A stretch of DNA of 64,000 nt from a virus (IMGVR_UViG_3300032038_000018:64377-128376), one strand, 5' to 3'. Shown: positions 30,771 through 41,658, numbered from the stretch's first letter. Numbers and translations: made by a program. Notes: generated by a model not told the origin, from the letters alone.

Positions 30771-30800
30771 AATTCATATACCTCACATTCTAATCATAAA

Positions 30801-31499
30801 TTAATCTATTTTAATAGCCACTTTTGCATATGGAGATATATATGTAGTGTTAGAAATAATAAATGGCGTTAATAGACTAACTGAATTAGTACCGCAATCT
30901 ATTGTATAAAAATTTCTAGCACATTTATTTCCTACAAATATAGGCATAAGCACATAATAATCAGAAACTCCATTATTAAGAGCTGATCTAGCTGTAACAT
31001 CAGCAGTCGTATTAATTATTGTAGCGTGGTCATTGACAAATCTATGATATTCGCTCGATGTGCCTTGACTAGAAGAGCCCGTATACATACATTCGTATCC
31101 AATGAATTCATCTCCTGTGCCTGTAGTAATGTCGGATATGGCCACAATTCTATACTTAGTAAAATTCATATCATTACCAAACATGACCATGAATACATGA
31201 CTACTTACGCAGAATCTGAACCATGTAGATACTATATAATTCGAATTATATGCAGATGCTGCAACCATTGTGAATTTATTAGCAAGTCCCTCACCGAAGC
31301 CTAATACATTAATATTACTATTGCCAACGGTGGCTTTATTTATTGAAATTAAAACTCCGCCTAAGTTATCTATAACAGCATGATTAGTACTATCAACTGT
31401 TATAAATTTATCCATCCCAGTCTGAGAGAAACAATTCTCCAGATTATCATAAGATAATAATACAGGATATGACCAAACACTAGATATTGTGCTTGCCAT
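30801..31499 (-). CDS. Putative virion protein, paralogue family with shared C-terminal module
   Basis: C-terminus YVLMPIFV...FYTIDCG...ISNTTY...VAIKID; GGAGTGAT RBS before the ATG at 31499. Confidence 0.55.
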   Translation of the reverse strand: MASTISSVWSYPVLLSYDNLENCFSQTGMDKFITVDSTNHAVIDNLGGVLISINKATVGNSNINVLGFGEGLANKFTMVAASAYNSNYIVSTWFRFCVSSHVFMVMFGNDMNFTKYRIVAISDITTGTGDEFIGYECMYTGSSSQGTSSEYHRFVNDHATIINTTADVTARSALNNGVSDYYVLMPIFVGNKCARNFYTIDCGTNSVSLLTPFIISNTTYISPYAKVAIKID

Positions 31500-31524
31500 A
31501 ATTATCACTCCTTTATAATTAAGC

Positions 31525-32535
31525 TTATACTGTAAGTCCAGATGCGGCTGCAAGCGCCTGCATTAATGCGGTGCCATTTGTATGGTAGAAATATCCATAT
31601 TCTGCATCATATCTACCATGCTCTCTAGGATTATCTATTTCGTTGCCATTTTCATCGCATATAATAAATGGGAATTCCACAGTTAATGTAGGCAAATCAC
31701 AATCAACCGTTACAGTATATTCGTCCGAATTAGGTTTAAACGCAATAAGATATAGATAGAATGTCCTTCCACTTATTGTGTATGTATATGTATTCCCGGG
31801 TTCTCCCTCTTCATAATTTTGGTTTAATGCATAATCCATTCCGCCACGGGAGTCATATAACGCACTTGTATCCATTAGTATAATATCAGCCCAGTAATAA
31901 TTGTCATCATATATTGGTGCAAATGGATATGTTGGCTCATACTTACATGCTGACGATACCGCCCATCCACCTATGCAACCATGGTCTTCGACATTGTATA
32001 CCAATATTTTACGGCTAACAGTTGGAGGTGCTGTTGATAAAGCTATTAATCCACGTACATCATTGGAGAATGTAACTTGTGCACAAATAGTATCGCCATA
32101 GCAATTTGCTGGTAAATTATACCAGCCGCCTTCTTCTCCATTGAATATATCGTATTCATATCCATCTCCCTCTTCTTCTGGGATATCATCACTGCCATCT
32201 GCAGTACTTCCGACATATATATTGGTATATGCAAGTCGTGGATCTGTACTAGAGAATTCGGCAATAACTGTATTTTTATTCATTAAATAATTGCTATAAC
32301 AAGACCATCCTTCAACCGACTGTGTCATTACAGCAGGAGGCGCAGGCGTAGGATCATCAGGTATTACAATTGGATCAGGGTCTTCTACTGTAGGATAATC
32401 AATAGAAGATGATGATACAGGTGTATTAGCAGATGTACCGATAATATTCAACATAAATTGTGTTGTTGTATTTATAGCATTTCCGAATAATGGTTTTGCT
32501 GCTAGATATGTATTAACGATTGCTGTATAAGGCAT
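31525..32535 (-). CDS. Hypothetical virion protein
   Basis: 336-aa ORF in the tail region with a Pro-rich linker. Confidence 0.55.
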   Translation of the reverse strand: MPYTAIVNTYLAAKPLFGNAINTTTQFMLNIIGTSANTPVSSSSIDYPTVEDPDPIVIPDDPTPAPPAVMTQSVEGWSCYSNYLMNKNTVIAEFSSTDPRLAYTNIYVGSTADGSDDIPEEEGDGYEYDIFNGEEGGWYNLPANCYGDTICAQVTFSNDVRGLIALSTAPPTVSRKILVYNVEDHGCIGGWAVSSACKYEPTYPFAPIYDDNYYWADIILMDTSALYDSRGGMDYALNQNYEEGEPGNTYTYTISGRTFYLYLIAFKPNSDEYTVTVDCDLPTLTVEFPFIICDENGNEIDNPREHGRYDAEYGYFYHTNGTALMQALAAASGLTV

Positions 32536-32550
32536 ACTATATCACCACCA

Positions 32551-33360
32551 TTAATTTATCTTAATAGCAATATGTCTATTAAGAATGAAATAATTCTTAT
32601 TTGCAAGTGTAATAGTTTCAAGATTGGGCATTACATCCATGCCACCGTCTATAATAAATAAATCTGTAGCTACACAGCCATTAACTACTAACGGATGCAA
32701 TATATAATCTTCAGATTTACCAAAGTTGACATCCATCCAACGAGCTTTTGGATATGCATAATAATTGTTATATTCTACACCGCCGTCTCCATAATTGTAT
32801 ACAGTACTGCTAGTGGTTGTGTATATACCAGCAACAACTTCTCCTATTCTTTGATTTTGAAGGATTCCGCTGTTACTTGATCTACGTTTAGGCGCATAGC
32901 ATAACATAATATATGCGGTACGATTATCCGCTGTAGCACACTTGTGATATACTACTATAGTGTATGTATAAGAGGCATTTACACCCGTATATGTTTCTTC
33001 GCCATAAGGTCTAAAACCAAATATCGATGTATTATTATATTTGGCATAATCTAAATTAAAATCTAAATGAGGCGTCGATGAACTTATATCAAGATACAAT
33101 GCTTCAAAAGCATAGTTCGGACCAGCAAATGGTGCAACCATGACGTTGCCATAATCAATACCATATTTAGGTGACAACCACCAGTATTGGCGAGAATTTG
33201 CAGAGCCAAAATTATCCCATTTAAAGAAACTGGATATCCCGGGCATTATTGTATTTGCATAAAATATTTTACTATAAAAATTTGGCTTATCATTTGTATA
33301 TAAACTATACATCTCACTACTATCAAAATGCATAGTTTTTTGCCAAAAAGTCATGTTCAT
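32551..33360 (-). CDS. Putative virion protein, paralogue family with shared C-terminal module
   Basis: C-terminus YILHPLVV...DLFIIDGG...TLANKNY...IAIKIN. Confidence 0.55.
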   Translation of the reverse strand: MNMTFWQKTMHFDSSEMYSLYTNDKPNFYSKIFYANTIMPGISSFFKWDNFGSANSRQYWWLSPKYGIDYGNVMVAPFAGPNYAFEALYLDISSSTPHLDFNLDYAKYNNTSIFGFRPYGEETYTGVNASYTYTIVVYHKCATADNRTAYIMLCYAPKRRSSNSGILQNQRIGEVVAGIYTTTSSTVYNYGDGGVEYNNYYAYPKARWMDVNFGKSEDYILHPLVVNGCVATDLFIIDGGMDVMPNLETITLANKNYFILNRHIAIKIN

Positions 33361-33390
33361 ATACCATCACTCCATTTTGATATATAATAA

Positions 33391-33404
33391 ATTATGTTGA
33401 TGTC
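33391..33404 (-). promoter_or_regulatory. Putative late promoter GACA-N6-TAAT
   Basis: Recurrent motif. Confidence 0.6.
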
Positions 33405-33456
33405 CCCAGAATAAATAGAATACGGAGCTCTAATATGAACTCCGTATTCTATATTT

Positions 33457-33945
33457 TTATGCAAACATTGCATCTATATCGCTAGTAGATGCTAGTCCTA
33501 TATCTGCTAATGCGACATATGTAGATGCCGCATCTGTTTTAGATAAATAAGTCGTGCCAGCATCTGTCTGTGATAGATACGTAGATGATGCATCCGTCTT
33601 AGAAAGATACGTACTACTAGCATCTGACTTAGACAAATAATCACTAGCTGCATCTGTTTTGGAAAGATATGTCGAAGTTGCATCGGACTTAGATAGATAA
33701 TTCGTTGATGCATCTGTCTGTGTTAGATATGTAGATGCGGCATCAGTCTTAGCTAAATATGTTGAAGCTGCATCTGTTTTAGATAGATATGTACTAGGAA
33801 TAGCATCAAGTGTACTATCTAATTCATCTACAGCTGCTTGTATATTTGTGGCAGTTAATTCACTCGTGGTATTGACATATGCTATATTAATCGCTCTATT
33901 ACCAGAGCCACCATATTCAATACCCCTCTTAATTATTTTTCCCAT
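33457..33945 (-). CDS. Fibre-like protein with 10-aa repeats
   Basis: Nine YLSKTDAxST-type repeats after an ATNIQAAVDEL motif. Confidence 0.6.
   Translation of the reverse strand: MGKIIKRGIEYGGSGNRAINIAYVNTTSELTATNIQAAVDELDSTLDAIPSTYLSKTDAASTYLAKTDAASTYLTQTDASTNYLSKSDATSTYLSKTDAASDYLSKSDASSTYLSKTDASSTYLSQTDAGTTYLSKTDAASTYVALADIGLASTSDIDAMFA
33520..33789. repeat. Degenerate 30-bp coding tandem repeat (9 units)
   Basis: Period-30 repeats encoding YL(S/A/T)(K/Q)(T/S)DAxxx. Confidence 0.85.
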
Positions 33946-33957
33946 ATGCGTCACCTA

Positions 33958-34815
33958 CTAATTACCATAACGGTTGGTTATAAGTATAACGTATGAAATG
34001 CCATAATATGTACTGCTTGGACATGGTTCGGAATTCTTTTGGACGTTGGATAGTGTAATGTACCCAAATGTGCTCCCTTGACCACTATAATACCCAGTCT
34101 TTGAAACTTCAACATAGTAATCAACGCTATTATTATTTATCATAAATGACTGATCATTATTAATTCGCGACTGGTCAAGTCTAATACTTGAAACATCTGC
34201 ATTTTTCAAAACTAATAAATTCATACCGCCATTCCGATTTGTTGCGCCATTATTAAATGCTATTGTATCTCCATTGTTTGCAGTTATCTCTGTGTATTTG
34301 AACACCAAACCTTTTCCATTTCCTGTACCTGTAGAAGGATCATAACTCGGACTAGAAAAATATACGTTATCAGTTATTTCTAAGCCATTATGTGTAAGAA
34401 ACATACTATTTTCGGACCAACCACCATCATCTCCGGGTAATGCCACGGCAATTATTTGATATTTGCCATACGCTTCAAATGTATATGACAACGTGCCCGT
34501 ACTACCAGCATTTCGTGTTGATGAATGCGCCAATGATGGTATAGGCGAATAATCGGCGCCATTTACAAGATCACCACGAATATATCCTGTCGATGAACTT
34601 TGTATGGCAACTAGCCCTTTAGCGCGTTTCTGTTCTGTAGTAAGTGCTTCCCAGTCGTCAGCTGATATAAGTTCAACTGCGAATATAGAATTCACATAAT
34701 CTGATAATTCCTCAAGCTGTCCACGTGCTTCTGTATCAGCTACGTCAACGCTTGATAATAGTTCTCCATTAGCTGATTTAATATCTATACCTTCGAAATA
34801 TGGAGTTTCTGGCAT
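33958..34815 (-). CDS. Putative tail-fibre/receptor-binding protein
   Basis: Shares the WxALTTxQKxAKGL...RGxxxNGADY module with 35112-36704. Confidence 0.5.
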   Translation of the reverse strand: MPETPYFEGIDIKSANGELLSSVDVADTEARGQLEELSDYVNSIFAVELISADDWEALTTEQKRAKGLVAIQSSSTGYIRGDLVNGADYSPIPSLAHSSTRNAGSTGTLSYTFEAYGKYQIIAVALPGDDGGWSENSMFLTHNGLEITDNVYFSSPSYDPSTGTGNGKGLVFKYTEITANNGDTIAFNNGATNRNGGMNLLVLKNADVSSIRLDQSRINNDQSFMINNNSVDYYVEVSKTGYYSGQGSTFGYITLSNVQKNSEPCPSSTYYGISYVILITNRYGN

Positions 34816-34819
34816 TATA

Positions 34820-35074
34820 TCACCTCATTTCACGATTATATTTCTTTACTTCTTTTCTGTATTCTTTAGAATACTTTTTGAGTATCTCGTTCAGAGCGAG
34901 TTCGTTTACCTGATCTTGTGGTAATGGAGCAACAACATACCAGTCACGTCCAAGAAGATAATCAATGATAAACTCTCTAAATTCCGCATCCGATATACCA
35001 GCAGGAAAGAAATTATTCGTGTCCTGCCTTGTTTTGTATCGCTCGGTTATAAATGCAGTAAATGTATCGTTCAT
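34820..35074 (-). CDS. Small hypothetical protein
   Basis: Short ORF inserted in the tail module. Confidence 0.5.
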   Translation of the reverse strand: MNDTFTAFITERYKTRQDTNNFFPAGISDAEFREFIIDYLLGRDWYVVAPLPQDQVNELALNEILKKYSKEYRKEVKKYNREMR

Positions 35075-35111
35075 AAATATCACCGTATTTTATTAATCAA
35101 TATTTCTATAT

Positions 35112-36704
35112 TCATAAGTCATACTCATCCATAATGACAGAATGATTATTCATGATGACATTGTCATTTTCATACCCATCTACAATGCCTATATACTTTA
35201 TATTGCAGGAAATAGCATTAGTCAAATCAGTTTCAGCTGCACCAAAAACAATATGCCCGCCGCTATTGGAAAAACTAACGCCGCTGCGCTTTAAAACGCC
35301 ATTAACATAAAAATCAACTGTCCTTGAGACCGCATTTATCGCCATTGTGTATAGTGCATAGTTAGTCGAACTTATCCCTGAGATTGAGACATCTGAGCCG
35401 TAAACAGATGTATTCACTGTTGTGCCATTACAGAAAATGTTTGGTAAATTGCCTACACTCATGGTATAAGGAACGCCTACCAGCGTTCTATTACCCGACT
35501 CTGTGCTGCCATGCCTTTTCATTAAAGCATATACGGTGACAGACGTGTTCGCTGCTGACAAATCAAATGCCACCGCTTTTCCATCCGTAATAACAGCGCC
35601 ATCTGCATCATTATCCATAGTTCCACCGAGAGTAAGTCCGCCCCATACAGATGTGCCGCTTTCGTGATTTGATGATTTATCTTCCTCTAATATATTATTG
35701 TAAACGCTGTACTGTAAAAGAGTATCGCGATAATCTGCACCGTTGATATATTCTCCACGTAAAAATCCAGATGAGCTATCCTGTATAATTATCAAGCCCT
35801 TTGCCTGTTTCTGTGCAGTTGTGAGCGCGTTCCAATCAGATCGCGATATTATCTCTGGACCAACATTAACTGATACGGATGAATATGCAGTTCCAGTAGG
35901 TGCATTATAAATTCCATTCTCAGTAACAGCTAACGATGACAATATCATTTTATCTGCACTTGATATTGAAACCCACGTATCGTTATCTTTTATATATTCA
36001 GCTGCAACATGATCGATATCGATTTCAAAATCCATATCAACACTATATGTATCAGATCTATCGATAGATGATGATGCATAATCTGTGGTGCCATATCGTC
36101 CATACTTGAATCCGATATATTTTGAATATGTTGTAGATGTTATCGACCGATATTTACCGCGAGTATCATTCATTTCAATAGCAAGTATATATCGTGTTCC
36201 CGGTACAAGCTCTATTTCGTCTGTAACGGTGTGGCTATTCCATCCGGATTCAAGTGTTAATTCACCACTATCGTATATAACATTGGACGATGTTCGTATA
36301 ATAAATTTCCCAGTTACTGAATTGGAATTATACGATTTTAAAATTTTCGGACGTAATGTAACCAATGGTTCAAAATCGAATCCTATAAACTTATTTATAC
36401 TATTAGAAGAAAAAGTCGTACCATCTTCTAATGCAGAATGTATATTTGTTACCTGATAGTAATGATCGCCATCTTTACCAATACTATCATCAGGTGCAGT
36501 CGCACCGGTGTAAACACCGGTGTCAACTGTTACGGGAGAATATCCATAAGTTCCATTATTTGGATTTGCTGTATAAACTCCATTATGATCTACTGTAAGA
36601 GGTTTTATCGTATTGCTAATAACTGTATTTCTGAGTGTAGCAATACCTTGTCTAAGCACAGTATCTTGTGCAGGAATACCATTAATATTGTCAGTAAAGC
36701 TCAT
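35112..36704 (-). CDS. Putative tail-fibre protein with C-terminal LamG/ConA-like domain
   Basis: NGVYTA...GYSPVTV repeats, TAPDDSIGKDGDHY motif, C-terminal VDFYVNGVL lectin-like pattern. Confidence 0.55.
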   Translation of the reverse strand: MSFTDNINGIPAQDTVLRQGIATLRNTVISNTIKPLTVDHNGVYTANPNNGTYGYSPVTVDTGVYTGATAPDDSIGKDGDHYYQVTNIHSALEDGTTFSSNSINKFIGFDFEPLVTLRPKILKSYNSNSVTGKFIIRTSSNVIYDSGELTLESGWNSHTVTDEIELVPGTRYILAIEMNDTRGKYRSITSTTYSKYIGFKYGRYGTTDYASSSIDRSDTYSVDMDFEIDIDHVAAEYIKDNDTWVSISSADKMILSSLAVTENGIYNAPTGTAYSSVSVNVGPEIISRSDWNALTTAQKQAKGLIIIQDSSSGFLRGEYINGADYRDTLLQYSVYNNILEEDKSSNHESGTSVWGGLTLGGTMDNDADGAVITDGKAVAFDLSAANTSVTVYALMKRHGSTESGNRTLVGVPYTMSVGNLPNIFCNGTTVNTSVYGSDVSISGISSTNYALYTMAINAVSRTVDFYVNGVLKRSGVSFSNSGGHIVFGAAETDLTNAISCNIKYIGIVDGYENDNVIMNNHSVIMDEYDL

Positions 36705-39700
36705 GATACAGTCACCGTCCCTAATGTTATAGTAATTCTATGAGTATTTTCATCGTATTCAACATTTGTTACAGCAGTTCCAGATGCACTGTCTTTATAT
36801 GCTAAATCACCAAGACCGGTTGGAGTTCCTCCACCACCAGAGCCATATTTATATCCAATTATTTTATAGATATAAGGTTCATTTCCTGAGCCTTCGTTTG
36901 AATAGGCATATGATTGCCTTACTTTTGTATCATATATGAAAGCAGTCAATGTTCTTTGAGACCAACCGGCCCAATTTATTAAAGGATTATCCAATAAATG
37001 AGGAACGTCGTATATGCACGAAGCAGCTTGATATGTGCCTTCGCGTGCATTATCATTAGGCGAGCATATAATAAATTCTACTGTATCATAGTTGCTAAGA
37101 TTATCTAATAATGTTACGTCTTGTTGATATGGTATATGCTGTAAATAACTACCGCTATCATATAACGTAGCACGTGTAAATGACGATCCACCAGATGAGC
37201 CACCGCCAGATCCATACTTATATCCATATATCTTGTATATCTGTGGATTAAAGGCAGAACCTTCGTAGTTAGTTCCACGTAGAGTCTCATTAAATGTTGT
37301 ATCCGTGAATTTAACAACGCACCAACGTCCTTCATATCCAGCATAATGAACACCATTGGTATCTGAATCCAAAGCATCAGTAACGTCTGCAATAAATGTA
37401 TCGCACTGATATCCATTTGCGGTCCCATTATCTTGTGGATTACCAACGACGCATATAACGCTATCGTAATTACTAAGATTATCGGATAAAGCTACATCAG
37501 TTTGATATGGAGCACCATCGATATAGCTGCCACTATCATAGAGTAACGTACGACCAAACGGTTCTCCACCGCCGCCGCTACCGCCACCACTAGCGTCGTA
37601 GTCAGTTATGAGATATGTAATATCGGGATCAGGCGATACTAATGCGTCATATTGAGCTTGTGTTAATTCAACAAACTCAGGAATGGGATTATTATTCTTA
37701 GTAATATTACCATTGACATTTAATGTATCATCAGATACTTCAACTATATTAGATCTATCATTGTCGGCAGTACCATTACCAACTATGAATAAATGTTTAG
37801 GGTCATTTGCACCAGTGCCATCTGCAACGTTGTATTTACCTATTACAGTAGATGCATTTGCAGTAGCTATAGTATTCTGTCCACTAGCATGTGAGTATTC
37901 ACCAGTTGCAGAGTTATTCTTATAATCATTAAAGATTTCACCATTCTTATTGGTATTCGAATCGAATGTACCAACTGTCTTAAATGCTCCTAAACTGATC
38001 TCAGACATAGATGAAATTATTCTTCTGAGATCTACTACAACTTTAGGAAATTCTCCAGTTTCATATTCTTGAAGATATCTAATAAATGCAGTAGATGCAC
38101 CACTAAAGAATGCATTCATCTGTGCTACAGGAACATTTAATGTTATAGATGGATCAGATGTGTCTCTAAGTGTACCTGCTGTTACTGCATTACCACTTAT
38201 ATCACAATTGCCTGTAAGAAGATTTATTCTAAGAGGAATTACATCGCTTCTTATAGGACCATCTATCTGTTGTGCTGCAGTAATATGCATATACATATAC
38301 TGCTTATCTTTATGCATTATAATACTAGAAGAAGGCTCTATTATTTCACCTGCACGATGTAATATAGTTACGCCATCTTCATCATATACATCTTCTGTAT
38401 ATCTTTGTAATAAGTCCTTAAATGTGATATTATTGTCATAAGATATTATCTTAACGGACTCATTCATCATTCCATCATAAGGACTAGAATCCCATCCTGT
38501 AAACTTTTTACCCTGCTGTACCATGATATTTGTCATATCATAAGATACAGTATTAGTTGTATCAGGATTGTGGATATATAATGTATGATAAGCATATAAC
38601 TCAGATTCATCAGAATCAAAATAGAATGTTACTATATAATACTCATCATTAACACCTGTGTTAGCAGGTATAGTATGAGATACATACTCGTTATTATCTA
38701 TTTTAACCTCTATAGTTTTAGCTACAGATGCCTTCTTAAATAATATAGCAACCGTAAAACCTTCTAAACTATTTGAAACGAAATTCTGAGAAATTACGCC
38801 ATTACCAACTATTGCAATCTTTGCAATAGTTTGATTTAAGAACTGATCTACTATTATAGTAGAAGCAGCAGCATCTATATTATTATATCCATTCCATTCG
38901 CTATTAAAGCCACCAAGGAAATTGCTATTCCTGATGAGATTAACAACACCGAAATCTTTAATATCTAATGCACCATTAGCGCCAATTTCAACATTTGAAT
39001 CAGTTGGAACTGTAACGGTACCTGCAGTAACTATGCCGGTATTATAATCTGTAGATGCATAAGAAGTTCTTACAAGTGCATTATCAAGAGCACTTTCAAC
39101 ATTCTCAACTCTGCTTGTTAAATTACCAACTCTTGTAGTTGCTGTATTAGCTGCAGTAATAGCATTATCTATATTAGTTAGATCTGCACTAGTCATTAAA
39201 CCATTAGAGTTTGCTGATCTAGTCGGTATTCTACTAGTAGCATTTTCTGCAGTTATGAATTTGAGATCAGCTTGACCTTTTGTATAGAATTCAGCATCAA
39301 GTCTGGATAATATATTTGTGATATTATCACTGTTATTAGTAACACGTGTATTTATCTCACCAACATTGAGTATGGTTGCATATGTTGATGCAGCATCAGT
39401 CTGTGTTAGATATGTTGCAGCTAAAGTATCATTATCGGTATAATTGTCACTAATGTTATCGTTAATTGCAGCTAATGCAGCAGCAACTTCGAGCTTATAT
39501 GCATTTAATGTGGCTTCCTCTAAGTAAACACCGGCAGGCGCAAACTTAACAGTTAAATCATCTAATAATGCACTATTTAATACATTAGTACTATCGGCGT
39601 TACCATTAAAGCCAGCTTCCAATCTAATCAGATCAGTATCTTGAGGAGCAGGTGTACCATCAGGATGATTTCCTGTTAATGACTCAAATGTTACCAGATT

Positions 39701-40840
39701 TTTGTTATGCAGTAATGCAAACATTTCATGAGGCATTAAACCATCGTCTGATTCTGTTGCTCTACCAACACCGCCTGTTACCAGATCTGCTAAGTTAATA
39801 GACTCTGGTGTAGTCTCATCAAATGAATTATGGAATTCCCAGGATATCTTTGTTTTATTACCGGTTTCATCTTCTTCAACTACAGGTGTCCATACCCAAT
39901 AGTTTTTGTAATTGGTTCTAATAAATTCAGTCAGTGATGCTGCTGTGATTCTGACAGTCCTATTATCAAAATCGGATATAACCATATTCAGATTAGACAA
40001 ATCTACAGTACCGACGTTATTGTCTATTCCATCTATAGTTATATGACCAACAAATTGATCGTTGTCATGAATTACTCTAGCCTCATCCAATTCAGATATA
40101 CGACGATAGTCATATTTAACTAACTCGTCTAAGTATACCTTTATTACTCCAAGTAATTCTATGAAACGTTCATCCGTAATACCCATTTCTGCAAATTGTT
40201 CTTGCAATATGGCATTTACATTATTTATTAATTCTACTTCCTCTGAAGTTCTTTGATCTACTGGTTTTCTAATTGCATTATAATATGCTTTCTGTGTTTC
40301 TATAGGAAGATTTGCTGTAGGCCATTTAGGTAATACAATATGAGTACCATCTGTAGTTGCTACATTCATGCAACTATATTTACAGCCGTTTACACATGCA
40401 TCTATACAGCCACCTGCACAACCAGTGCATCCTTCACATGCACCTGAGCAACCGCTAGTGCATGTTTCTTTACATCCATTTACGCAGTCGTCTGTACAGC
40501 CGCCACTACAATCTCCTCTACATGTGATATCGCATTCTACAGAGCATGCAGACTGACATGTAAGTGAGCACTGTCCTTCACAGTTTGCATCACCGCATCC
40601 ACCTACACAACTACCTGAGCAATCGCCCATACATGTAGTGGAACACATCGAGCATCCTTCTGGACGATTCTCCATTTCATGAGGATCGGAACCAGCTTCG
40701 TATTTACATGATGTACTACATGTAGTACATCCGGGAGGTGTTTCTACTATATACTGAGGAGATGGCGATGGACCAAATGCATGATACTGGCCAGTTACAT
40801 CATCTTCAGATATAATATGTGAATTTAGTATCTCAATCAA
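36701..40840 (-). CDS. Large tail-fibre-like protein with N-terminal CxxxC-repeat domain
   Basis: 28 Cys in aa 38-157; NLIRNSNF carbohydrate-binding-like module; SHASG...IVGNG; ELTQAQYDAL; duplicated C-terminal LYDSGSY...IYKIxGYKYG domains. Confidence 0.65.
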   Translation of the reverse strand: MIEILNSHIISEDDVTGQYHAFGPSPSPQYIVETPPGCTTCSTSCKYEAGSDPHEMENRPEGCSMCSTTCMGDCSGSCVGGCGDANCEGQCSLTCQSACSVECDITCRGDCSGGCTDDCVNGCKETCTSGCSGACEGCTGCAGGCIDACVNGCKYSCMNVATTDGTHIVLPKWPTANLPIETQKAYYNAIRKPVDQRTSEEVELINNVNAILQEQFAEMGITDERFIELLGVIKVYLDELVKYDYRRISELDEARVIHDNDQFVGHITIDGIDNNVGTVDLSNLNMVISDFDNRTVRITAASLTEFIRTNYKNYWVWTPVVEEDETGNKTKISWEFHNSFDETTPESINLADLVTGGVGRATESDDGLMPHEMFALLHNKNLVTFESLTGNHPDGTPAPQDTDLIRLEAGFNGNADSTNVLNSALLDDLTVKFAPAGVYLEEATLNAYKLEVAAALAAINDNISDNYTDNDTLAATYLTQTDAASTYATILNVGEINTRVTNNSDNITNILSRLDAEFYTKGQADLKFITAENATSRIPTRSANSNGLMTSADLTNIDNAITAANTATTRVGNLTSRVENVESALDNALVRTSYASTDYNTGIVTAGTVTVPTDSNVEIGANGALDIKDFGVVNLIRNSNFLGGFNSEWNGYNNIDAAASTIIVDQFLNQTIAKIAIVGNGVISQNFVSNSLEGFTVAILFKKASVAKTIEVKIDNNEYVSHTIPANTGVNDEYYIVTFYFDSDESELYAYHTLYIHNPDTTNTVSYDMTNIMVQQGKKFTGWDSSPYDGMMNESVKIISYDNNITFKDLLQRYTEDVYDEDGVTILHRAGEIIEPSSSIIMHKDKQYMYMHITAAQQIDGPIRSDVIPLRINLLTGNCDISGNAVTAGTLRDTSDPSITLNVPVAQMNAFFSGASTAFIRYLQEYETGEFPKVVVDLRRIISSMSEISLGAFKTVGTFDSNTNKNGEIFNDYKNNSATGEYSHASGQNTIATANASTVIGKYNVADGTGANDPKHLFIVGNGTADNDRSNIVEVSDDTLNVNGNITKNNNPIPEFVELTQAQYDALVSPDPDITYLITDYDASGGGSGGGGEPFGRTLLYDSGSYIDGAPYQTDVALSDNLSNYDSVICVVGNPQDNGTANGYQCDTFIADVTDALDSDTNGVHYAGYEGRWCVVKFTDTTFNETLRGTNYEGSAFNPQIYKIYGYKYGSGGGSSGGSSFTRATLYDSGSYLQHIPYQQDVTLLDNLSNYDTVEFIICSPNDNAREGTYQAASCIYDVPHLLDNPLINWAGWSQRTLTAFIYDTKVRQSYAYSNEGSGNEPYIYKIIGYKYGSGGGGTPTGLGDLAYKDSASGTAVTNVEYDENTHRITITLGTVTVS

Positions 40841-40874
40841 GGTTAATCACCTCTATTATTGTTTTATATTTATG

Positions 40875-40888
40875 ATTATGAATTTGTT
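40875..40888 (-). promoter_or_regulatory. Putative late promoter AACA-N6-TAAT
   Basis: Recurrent motif. Confidence 0.6.
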
Positions 40889-40900
40889 GAAGGGCGTCAT

Positions 40901-40934
40901 TTATACCCATATCTGTAATTAGATATGGGTATAA
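40901..40934 (-). terminator. Hairpin/terminator
   Basis: 14-bp inverted repeat TTATACCCATATCT/AGATATGGGTATAA. Confidence 0.6.
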
Positions 40935-40938
40935 TGAA

Positions 40939-41658
40939 TTAAGTTATTGATGCATCTTTTATGTATATATTGCCTACTAGTTGCACATATTGCGTATTAT
41001 TTAATGTCATTACTTCTGAATATGGTGTATTTACATCTCCACCAGATACAACAAATAAATCTGGGAATCTACGTGTGTCATATGTTAATGTATCTATTAC
41101 ATATGTGCTACTATCTGTAAACTTATCATACTTTACATTGATACTTGCAGAATGCATATCATAATCAGTATAATATATTTTGCAATTATCATCAGATGGT
41201 CTTGATATATGATGAAGTGTAGATATAAATACTTTACTTTGCACATTAGTCTCCATATCAATTGACTCAGTAATGAAAAACTTGCATATATAATCAGTAT
41301 TAGGTGTATTAAACCAGAAACCTGATGTATATGGAGTTTGCATAGTAAGTATTTTAGCATTCTCTGCATACATTTCAGAAGCATCTGTACGATTAAAGTG
41401 TGCATCATATGGCATAACAAATGTAAGACTCCGATATGTGATAAGATATGCAGATTGCTGTATCGTTAAATACATCTTATATATGCCTAAAGATGTAAAA
41501 TCAAATCTTACAGATGTATCAGTAGTTTCAATATCACTATCTTGTAATAATCTAAAGAATTGAAGATTGCGTATGAAGTTTCTGATCATTATAATGTAAT
41601 TAGGCATAGATCCAGATGCACTTGTAAAAGGTTTATATAAATCTAGCATTATACTCAC
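40939..41658 (-). CDS. Putative virion protein, paralogue family
   Basis: C-terminus DLFVVSGG...TLNNTQYVQLVGNIYIK. Confidence 0.55.
   Translation of the reverse strand: MSIMLDLYKPFTSASGSMPNYIIMIRNFIRNLQFFRLLQDSDIETTDTSVRFDFTSLGIYKMYLTIQQSAYLITYRSLTFVMPYDAHFNRTDASEMYAENAKILTMQTPYTSGFWFNTPNTDYICKFFITESIDMETNVQSKVFISTLHHISRPSDDNCKIYYTDYDMHSASINVKYDKFTDSSTYVIDTLTYDTRRFPDLFVVSGGDVNTPYSEVMTLNNTQYVQLVGNIYIKDASIT

Noticed and set aside
33520-33789. 30-bp periodic repeats as a CRISPR array
   Set aside because: Units are contiguous with no spacers, vary at synonymous positions and encode a 10-aa protein repeat
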